From Amoeboradix gromovi X-113 (lineage: Eukaryota > Fungi > Sanchytriomycota), in the NCBI GenBank assembly GCA_018985225.1, contig JADGIF010000517.1, positions 1 to 7,308 on the forward strand: a stretch of 7,308 nt of DNA. The letters run 5' to 3'. The translations under genes were made by a program, and so were the position numbers. A model generated the notes under the pieces. That model ran no database searches. It was not told the origin of the DNA and saw only the letters and a list, made by a program, of their open reading frames with translations. Below are positions 1-5,985 of this stretch, in pieces. How positions within the stretch are numbered: the stretch's first letter is position 1; each line of letters begins with the position of its first letter.

Positions 1-174
1 CTGTACAGAATATTTATTTTTGATATTTCGATGCAAAAAGTTATTTATTTTCCTTTTATACTCCGCAACTAGCTGAATGTCCACTCGCCTCTTAAATCCA
101 TAAAATTAATAAAGCTGAAATAATGTTCCAAGTTGTTACAGAAAGTTAGTCCAGTTTTTATATTTGATGTCCCA
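1..174 (-). mobile_element. End of a second copy of the TIR-bounded element, inverted relative to 4568-4718 and running off the window start
   Basis: The reverse complement of 1-174 aligns with 4568-4718. The terminal 31 bp (144-174) match 4568-4598 exactly (TGGGACATCAAATATAAAAACTGGACTAACT). The rest has scattered substitutions, an 8-bp indel and a ~28-bp indel, and the match continues to base 1 (TGTACAG). Confidence 0.85.
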
Positions 175-310
175 CATGTTTAGTGACATGACATGAAGCA
201 TTTAAGTAGTAAATGGCTTTATCTCTTCAGATCACTTAAGCAAATTAGGAACACTTATGTTTTCTTTATGTAGTTCATTCATGATGATCGTTTCAATCTT
301 GAGCTGTTTT

Positions 311-660
311 CAAAAGTATATTAAGCTTAAGAATAAGTAGAATGGCTATTTAGGTATGATGGTTTTACTGCTGTTATTGGAACAGTGGTTATAATTCAAT
401 AAACGGACTTTAATGAACTCCAAAAAACTCCGCAGCGATCGCCTCTTTGATCATAGGTGGAGCCATTTTCGAATAATATCTCCCTTCTATTAACGCTTAC
501 CAAATTAAAAGATCTCAAGTTCGTTGGGTAAACCGCGTTCCTTGAGCGTGGAAGACTTGGGGAGATACCATTTTGTAACTTTTTGTCTGTAAGAATTTGA
601 AAGCACAAGGATAGATATCTCGATTGGGTAACCGCAACTTGTTCGTTAGAGGCTATATCA
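311..660 (+). pseudogene. Possible highly degraded TnpB/Fanzor C-terminal remnant (copy C)
   Basis: Manual translation across frames gives motifs in Fanzor-like order and spacing: KYIKLKNK/EWLFRYD (314-360), WSHFR (458-472), VRWVN..KTWG (519-563; cf. VNE..SKTCG), FVCKN (582-596), DRY (610-618) and GNRNLFVR (627-650; cf. GARNIFLR). There are several stops and frameshifts, so the call is tentative. Confidence 0.35.
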
Positions 661-710
661 TAGCCCCTAGATTTAGAAGCAGGTTATTAGTGAAAAATCG
701 ATTTCACTAA
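651..710. repeat. Two adjacent short hairpins (inverted repeats)
   Basis: GGCTAT-atc-ATAGCC (651-665) and TTAGTGAAA-aatcga-TTTCACTAA (687-710, perfect 9-bp stem). Confidence 0.7.
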
Positions 711-832
711 TGTATTTTGATAAAACCCTGATTGAGCAGCATCTCCCCATTTACGCAACTCAACGTTAAGGATTCAATACTCTTTTTGGACAGTTGCAAA
801 TCCATGTAAATCGGAAAGCTTTTCATTTCGGA

Positions 833-845
833 CGGGTAAAACGCG
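833..845 (+). promoter_or_regulatory. CGGGTAA / GGGTAAAA motif plus ACGCG immediately upstream of the eIF1A start
   Basis: CGGGTAAAACGCG ends 3 nt before ATG 849. CGGGTAA is the reverse complement of the yeast Reb1 site TTACCCG. Function here is inferred. Confidence 0.35.
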
Positions 846-848
846 AAT

Positions 849-1220
849 ATGCCAAAGAAACAGACTAGACAATCAAAAGATTTGGAAAATTCAAAGAAAG
901 ACATAGAATTAAAGGGAGAGGGAACCGAGTATGCACTAGTAGTGAAAATGCTAGGAAACGGAAGATTAGAAGCTAACTGCTTTGATGGAGTTACTAGACT
1001 CGGACTAATAAGAGGAAAACTCAGAAAGAGAGTATGGATTCATCCTGGCGATTTAGTTTTGGTAAGTCTGCGTGACTTTGAAGAGGGAAAGTGCGATGTC
1101 CTGAGTAAATACACACCTGATGAAGCTCGTATCTTGGCAAAGCGAGGAGAGATCCCACAAGATTTGGAAGGACAGGAAGAAAAAGAAGACGAAGTCGAGT
1201 TTGATATTGATGCTATTTAA
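849..1220 (+). CDS. EIF1A: Eukaryotic translation initiation factor 1A (123 aa)
   Basis: OB-fold signature EYALVVKMLGNGRLEANCFDG..RLGLIRGKLRKRVWI..GDLVLVSLRDF, then KYTPDEAR.L, and an acidic tail ending DIDAI (DIDDI-type eIF5B-binding motif). Confidence 0.97.
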   Translation: MPKKQTRQSKDLENSKKDIELKGEGTEYALVVKMLGNGRLEANCFDGVTRLGLIRGKLRKRVWIHPGDLVLVSLRDFEEGKCDVLSKYTPDEARILAKRGEIPQDLEGQEEKEDEVEFDIDAI

Positions 1221-1228
1221 TAAATATT

Positions 1229-2002
1229 TTACAACATTTGATCTACTACTGGATTTTGCAGCTCATGCAGTTTGCTCTGCACAGCCGAATTACTTTGTTC
1301 CAAATTATGTACCGGTGCTTGTAGTTCATGTAGTTTAAAGATAGACTCAATGACACTGAGCTCCGTAGCAGTCGTAGAGTTTCCAGAAAATGCGCACCAG
1401 TCATTTACAACTAATCCTGCACTAATGTGGTCACTTCCACGATTAACAGTACCAGCAACAAGAGGAACCTGTAGGAGCGAGGCCAGTTCCTGAACATCTT
1501 GTCTGCTTGTTTGAGGGTGGACAATACCGCCCTGATTTGATAAAACACAGTAGCTTCCCACTAAAGCATTTTCAGCGATCGTGTGTCTAAAGACCTCAAC
1601 CTGCAGGACATCTCTAATTATTTCCTCAGTCTCTTTTTCAATCTCAGGGTGAACTATGGCACAGTAGTCGTTGCAACATATGATGTTACCCAATGCACTA
1701 AGTCTCTCTTCTACTCTCTGAATTTTTACAGAGTCTGGCAAAGAATTTCTAAGATGCTGTAACTCCTGATCCGTTGTTGTATTAGGTACGAGAAGACCAT
1801 GCTTATTACCAGTTACTAGCCTACCGACAATTCGGGTTCCTGCGATACTGCAATGAATAACCGGAATAACATCACCTAGTTCGCTTTCAAAGGTAGAATA
1901 GAAATGCTCGCTACCTCCAACGGCAACCAAACAATATGAGTTTGTTAATTTTGCAAAAACACCAATATCATTAGAATTTTCGAAAGCAGTTCTAGTGGCC
2001 AT
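1229..2002 (-). CDS. EIF6: Eukaryotic translation initiation factor 6 / 60S anti-association factor (257 aa from ATG 2002)
   Basis: [70 protein letters not shown] and [12 protein letters not shown]. The conserved family N-terminus indicates the second Met (2002) rather than 2062. Confidence 0.97.
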   Translation of the reverse strand: MATRTAFENSNDIGVFAKLTNSYCLVAVGGSEHFYSTFESELGDVIPVIHCSIAGTRIVGRLVTGNKHGLLVPNTTTDQELQHLRNSLPDSVKIQRVEERLSALGNIICCNDYCAIVHPEIEKETEEIIRDVLQVEVFRHTIAENALVGSYCVLSNQGGIVHPQTSRQDVQELASLLQVPLVAGTVNRGSDHISAGLVVNDWCAFSGNSTTATELSVIESIFKLHELQAPVHNLEQSNSAVQSKLHELQNPVVDQML

Positions 2003-2406
2003 CCGTGTATCCTCCTTAATTTTTAGAGACAACGTATCTTTGCGAGCTTTTTGGTCAATCATAATCGGGTGGCAATTTTACTTTTTAAGTTTGAATAAAT
2101 ATTTCAGTAATGTAAGTTCAGAGATTTTGTCAATTTTAATAAATGTATAAAAGCGACACTACAGTGTGTTTGCATTCCAAATGTTGTAGATAAAAACACC
2201 AGATCTAAATGTCATCATTGACTAAAAGAGCACTCACCGTAATAAAATTAAAGTTGGAGAAGCGTTGTAGACAATTTAATCATTATTCAGAAATCGAGCT
2301 AAAAAGTTCTCATAGAATATTGAGACTCTCACAATTCTTTCCATTTCATTGAGTTGTGTTCTAATCGCAGTTCCAAGAAGAAACAAAATATTTTGTTTTT
2401 TCAAAC

Positions 2407-2733
2407 ATGTCATTAACCGCATCTGGGTATCACAGTTTTTTAAACCAAGAAATACTAGTCATATTCAAGTCCTCATTTGCCATCGGGCTACTTAAGTCTT
2501 ATGATCAATTTGGAACTATTATATTGGAAAACACATCGCAGTATAGACTTCGACAAAAACAGTTAATACAGCAAAAATCTGAAGTATTGATGGCTAGAGG
2601 GGAAAGTATTGTAGCCTTTGGACCTGTTAAAGAACATTTTAAATTAGATGAAAGTAACTTGATAAATTTAATATTACTGTTAGATAGACCTCGACCTAAT
2701 CTTGTAAATCTCGGTTTCTGTAGAATGGATTAG
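2407..2733 (+). CDS. LSM1: Divergent Sm-like protein, most likely LSm1 (mRNA decapping activator ring subunit)
   Basis: Sm1 motif GLLKSYDQFGTIILE (SYDQF is typical of LSm1), Sm2 motif LMARGESIVAFG, and a C-terminal L..LGF. Confidence 0.75.
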   Translation: MSLTASGYHSFLNQEILVIFKSSFAIGLLKSYDQFGTIILENTSQYRLRQKQLIQQKSEVLMARGESIVAFGPVKEHFKLDESNLINLILLLDRPRPNLVNLGFCRMD

Positions 2734-3073
2734 TTTATTATACAACCACATAATAAACACAATTTTTTTGTAGTAAGATTTTGAAATCCTTGAGAACCTT
2801 ACGGATGGCCAACTATAGACTAGCTCCAAATCTTTGCTTTCAATGGATAACGGCGCTCCACGGATGGCAAAAACCTGAATTGTTTTATACCATACTCTTT
2901 TTATATATTGTGCACAGATTCCAGACGGTATAATTGAGCTGACATAAAGTGTATTACATATGACCCTAGCCCTTAAACTTGATATTTACATCTAAGGAGG
3001 AGTCACAATGAGGACTTTGCATAATGACTGTTTATTTTTCACGATTGGATGTTTTGCCATCTTTAATTACCCC

Positions 3074-3709
3074 ATGATTTCAGTTTTTAGAAGAATGGCT
3101 TCAGTTGGGCAAAATCAGTTACCTAAATTACCTTATGCATACGATGCATTAGAACCTGTTATCTCCAAGGAGATTATGGAAATTCACCACACAAAGCACC
3201 ATCAAGCTTACGTTACGAACCTGAACAATGCTGAAAAGAGTTTTGAAGCTGCACAAGCGAAGGGTGACATTACAGCACAAATTGCACTGCAATCAGCTTT
3301 GAAGTTCAATGGTGGAGGGCATTTAAACCATTCGATCTTTTGGACCAATTTAACACCCGTAGCTAGCAGCAAAAAGCCATCCAGTGGAAAGTTTGTTGAA
3401 TCTATCAATGAGTCATTTGGTAGCATCGATGAAATGATCAAAGAGTTTAACAAAAAGGCTGTTGCTGTACAAGGCAGTGGTTGGGGTTGGTTGGGATATA
3501 ACAAGCAGTTAAAGAAGTTGGAGATTGCTACAACCATTAACCAAGATCCATTAGAAGCAACAACAGGGCTTGTTCCAATCTTTGGAGTAGATGTCTGGGA
3601 GCATGCATACTATTTGCAATACAAGAATGCAAGAGCAAAGTATTTGGAAGAAGTGTGGAAAGTCGCAAACTGGAAGGATGCGGAATCCAGATTCAATAAT
3701 GCTCAATAA
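3074..3709 (+). CDS. SOD2: Manganese superoxide dismutase with a short putative mitochondrial presequence
   Basis: LPYAYDALEP, HHTKHHQAYV, FNGGGHLNHSIFW, VQGSGWGW, NQDP and DVWEHAYYLQY, with all metal ligands present and Mn-type GGG/QGSGW/NQD motifs. The likely start is ATG 3074 (MISVFRRMAS); 3008 and 3095 are alternatives. Confidence 0.96.
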   Translation: MISVFRRMASVGQNQLPKLPYAYDALEPVISKEIMEIHHTKHHQAYVTNLNNAEKSFEAAQAKGDITAQIALQSALKFNGGGHLNHSIFWTNLTPVASSKKPSSGKFVESINESFGSIDEMIKEFNKKAVAVQGSGWGWLGYNKQLKKLEIATTINQDPLEATTGLVPIFGVDVWEHAYYLQYKNARAKYLEEVWKVANWKDAESRFNNAQ

Positions 3710-3906
3710 ATTTTATTGATCAAAATACATTTTATATATGAAGACAAAATACATATAGCTCTGCTTAGTCTTTACACTAAACTATTTTAATTTATTACTA
3801 CATTGTTTTTATTTACTATCTTTTTTGAATTTTAGAATGTTCTTTATCGACCATTGGACAAGTCAAATTGTTAAAGCGGATTGCTCCTGAGCTAATAGAA
3901 TAAGAC

Positions 3907-4305
3907 ATGAACAGACAGAATTCTGCTCCAGTTGTGGGCAGCGAAAGACAGGACAGGCTCAAGAGAAGTTTATCAGCTGGTCGACCTTGGTGGAAAAGAG
4001 TAATGAAAAGAAGACACCATTCACAACCTATAGATGTGAAGAAAGCTAAAGTTCGCGTTGCTAAGAGATCCGGGACACAGAGTGGAATATTAGATAATTA
4101 CGACTTCAGTAATAATAGGGCAAGACCCTCGATGCCGGAATTTAAAGATCCAGAAACACAAATGTATGATTTGGCCATGACCTGCTTATGTTTTCAATGT
4201 GAAAAGTGCTTAAACGCAATAAGAACTTATTCTGCTGTCCCAAAGAGTGAGCAAAACCAAGAAGAAATAGAATTTGAAACTACATATTTGATGTACAATG
4301 ACTAA
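3907..4305 (+). CDS. Hypothetical protein (132 aa): basic N-half, CxCxxCxxC cluster, acidic tail
   Basis: ATG-initiated ORF with higher GC than its AT-rich upstream spacer, and AATAAA at 4338-4343. No recognisable family. Confidence 0.6.
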   Translation: MNRQNSAPVVGSERQDRLKRSLSAGRPWWKRVMKRRHHSQPIDVKKAKVRVAKRSGTQSGILDNYDFSNNRARPSMPEFKDPETQMYDLAMTCLCFQCEKCLNAIRTYSAVPKSEQNQEEIEFETTYLMYND

Positions 4306-4334
4306 GTAATCGCCCTTAGTGCACAGTGGCGCCT

Positions 4335-4428
4335 TTTAATAAATCACTAGCTTCAATAGTTAAAGTTTCTTTTCACATAGAAACTAGCAGTGCTTGATGC
4401 TCCGTTAGAGTGATTGCTCACGCTTGCA
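4335..4428 (-). ncRNA. Putative omegaRNA scaffold / transposon right end of Fanzor remnant B (degraded)
   Basis: Follows the TAG stop of the RuvC-III fragment. It contains GTGA-GCAA-TCAC (4421-4410), identical to 5849-5860, and an AGTTTCT/AGAAACT stem (4364-4385). Gapped similarity to 5842-5935. Confidence 0.55.
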
Positions 4429-4512
4429 CTACCCTGAGGCGGGATTGAATAAGATGTAAATGTTTATTGCTGCTATATGGTCTCTATTGTCTCATATTCG
4501 GTAAGACAAATC
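4429..4512 (-). pseudogene. TnpB/Fanzor C-terminal fragment (copy B) containing RuvC-III
   Basis: Minus strand reads DLSYRI*DNRDHIAAINIYILFNPASG*, matching TnpB-family LS.R.W/Y..C and [DN]RD.NAA.NI motifs. The second CxxC is deleted. 4410-4458 is 43/50 identical to 5811-5860 in inverted orientation. Confidence 0.8.
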
Positions 4513-4762
4513 ACAAGATATTTTCCGCGAAATTGTATCCTACATTGTGAGAAATGATATAAACAGTTGGGACATCAAATATAAAAACTGGACTAACTTT
4601 CAGTAACAACTTGAACATTATTTCAGCTTTATTACTTTATGGATTTAAGAGACGAGTGGACATTCACTAGTTGCGGAGTTGACGAGTATGAAAGGAAAAT
4701 AAACAACTTTTTGTACAGCTATTCTCTTACTCTTTCATCCAATCTTTATTTCAAATAAACCT

Positions 4763-4866
4763 CTGATTCATAGTACTAATTCATAATACTAATTCATAGC
4801 ACTAATTCCTAATACCAATCCATAATACTGATTCATAATACTAATTCATAATACTGATTCATAATA
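4763..4866 (+). repeat. Minisatellite: 8 tandem copies of a 13-bp unit CTRATTCATAATA
   Basis: ctgattcatagta/ctaattcataata/ctaattcatagca/ctaattcctaata/ccaatccataata/ctgattcataata/ctaattcataata/ctgattcataata. Confidence 0.95.
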
Positions 4867-4940
4867 GGGTATATTTTCATTTAAGAACTATCCAGAAAGA
4901 ACTGTCTTGCACATAAATAGAGACCTTTCCTAATAAAGTT

Positions 4941-5305
4941 ATGGCCAAGAGAAAGCAAAAGCTTTCGTACACCAGTAAATCAAAGAAAAAGCCGGACACT
5001 GAAGAAGATGTAGTTGTTGGAACAGTTCAGCAAGACAAGAGTCACGGAGACTGTCCATAGATTACACTTTGAAGAAATGTAGTGTCTGTGAGAATGAAAT
5101 AGACAAGAGTAATGATGCTAGTATAACATTAAATGAATTGAAGAAAGAGTACCGTCTAAGAAAATGCACCTTTTGCTTAGATGCTCAAAGACCACATATA
5201 TTTGAAAGAGATGCAAGGTCTTCTACTTTTATTATGAAAAGAGGAGATGCAAGGTCTTCTACTTTTATTATGAAAAGAGGAACACAATCAATGAAAGAAA
5301 ATTAG
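4941..5305 (+). pseudogene. Frameshifted ORF inside the TIR element: basic NLS-like N-terminus plus CxxC-x25-CxxC zinc finger
   Basis: ATG 4941 gives MAKRKQKLSYTSKSKKKPDTEED...* (stop at 5060). An overlapping frame open from at least ~5021 reads RRLSIDYTLKKCSVC...RKCTFC. The track ORF at 5069 starts on TTG. Confidence 0.5.
5208..5281 (+). repeat. Perfect 36-bp tandem duplication
   Basis: GAGATGCAAGGTCTTCTACTTTTATTATGAAAAGAG at 5208-5243 and 5244-5279; in-frame, repeating DARSSTFIMKRG. Confidence 0.95.
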
Positions 5306-5413
5306 TATAATAGAAGATCTTTTATTAATGATTTCCTCCGTATGGTGCACCTCCTTTAAAAACGAGTTAGTCTAGTTTTTATATTTGGTGTCCCATGTAG
5401 CATTACCTGGTAG

Positions 5414-5841
5414 AAAGCTGAGAGATTTCGCAGGTATCAAAATCGCATCAAGATCTTTGATCAGTATAACAACGCTTTGTGCACTATTGTTTGGCTACGC
5501 ATGAAAACCGACTTGGCACAAAAGATACAGAATTGGATATTTTTATGAGACCGCTGTCGATTTTAGTTGAATAAACCATCTATCATGGGCACATAAGCTA
5601 TGTTCCTCCAATTTACCCTCTTTCTAGACTTTCTAACTACAGAGAACTTCATATTCAGAAACTGGTCCAAATGAATTTCAAGAGCAAAAAAACGTGTACA
5701 AGGTGTGAAGATCTAAAGAGAACCGATTTGAGGATATGAAAATGTACAAACTGTCATTTGCAAGCAGATAGATACCATATGGTGAGCAAGTATCAAGTTT
5801 TGGAAGTATATACATCCTTATTTAATCTCACCTCAGGATAG
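5414..5841 (+). pseudogene. TnpB/Fanzor C-terminal half (copy A), degraded
   Basis: KAERFRRYQNRIK (from 5414), NHLSWAH (5574-5594) and NEF (5670-5678) lie in shifted frames. One frame then reads KSKKTCTRCEDLKRTDLRI*KCTNCHLQADRYHM...LFNLTSG* (to TAG 5839-5841), i.e. a zinc ribbon plus a RuvC-III DRD motif mutated to DRY. Confidence 0.8.
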
Positions 5842-5935
5842 TGGAACCGTGAGCAATCACAGTAACTGAGCGACTGCAATTCTCAGCTTCTCTGCAGAAA
5901 CTCTCAAGTTACTCGTAAATCAGGATTTTTAATGA
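5842..5935 (+). ncRNA. Putative omegaRNA scaffold / transposon right end of Fanzor remnant A
   Basis: GNRA hairpin GTGA-GCAA-TCAC (5849-5860). A long stem, AGTAACTGAG (5861-5870) with CTCAAGTTACT (5903-5913), encloses an inner AGCTTCT/AGAAACT hairpin. Homologous to 4335-4428. The true 5' end may overlap the ORF. Confidence 0.6.
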
Positions 5936-5985
5936 GCCTCGCAAGAAATATGAGTTTTTAAAGTCAATCCCTGGAGTTGATACAA

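Larger units (their letters stand above)
4568..5395. mobile_element. ~830-bp non-autonomous TIR DNA transposon (MITE-like; possibly Tc1/mariner-type ends)
   Basis: 31-bp inverted repeats at 4568-4598 and 5365-5395 (29/31 match), with a third copy at 144-174. The left end is preceded by CAGT (4564-4567; CAGTTGGGAC..., reminiscent of Tc1-type TIRs) and the right end is followed by TGTA. No matching TSD and no transposase are seen. Confidence 0.7.

Noticed and set aside
396-904. Minus-strand ORFs 396-608 and 707-904
   Set aside because: Short with no recognisable family; the second overlaps the eIF1A start in antisense.
1120-1493. Plus-strand ORFs 1120-1338 and 1272-1493
   Set aside because: Alternate-frame or antisense shadows of eIF1A and eIF6.
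2003-2062. 20-aa N-terminal extension of eIF6 (and the 22-aa extension of SOD2 from 3008)
   Set aside because: The conserved eIF6 N-terminus begins at the downstream ATG, and the SOD2 extension does not resemble a presequence; no support for either extension.
2209-2352. 47-aa ATG ORF between eIF6 and LSM1
   Set aside because: Too short and without motifs.
2801-2868. ACGGATGGC direct repeat (2801-2809, 2860-2868)
   Set aside because: Only two 9-bp copies with no further structure; could be chance.
3208-3537. Minus-strand 109-aa ORF
   Set aside because: Antisense shadow of SOD2.
175-4567. Composite transposon carrying the housekeeping genes as cargo
   Set aside because: The repeat termini face the gene block from outside, so the genes are flanking DNA and not enclosed cargo.
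4763-4866. Tandem array as a CRISPR array or telomeric repeat
   Set aside because: Contiguous 13-bp units with no spacers, AT-rich, internal to a TIR element, in a eukaryotic context.
5737-5739. TGA=Trp alternative genetic code
   Set aside because: Conserved Trp residues in eIF1A, eIF6 and SOD2 use TGG, none of these genes has an internal TGA, and the remnants carry other stops and frameshifts anyway.
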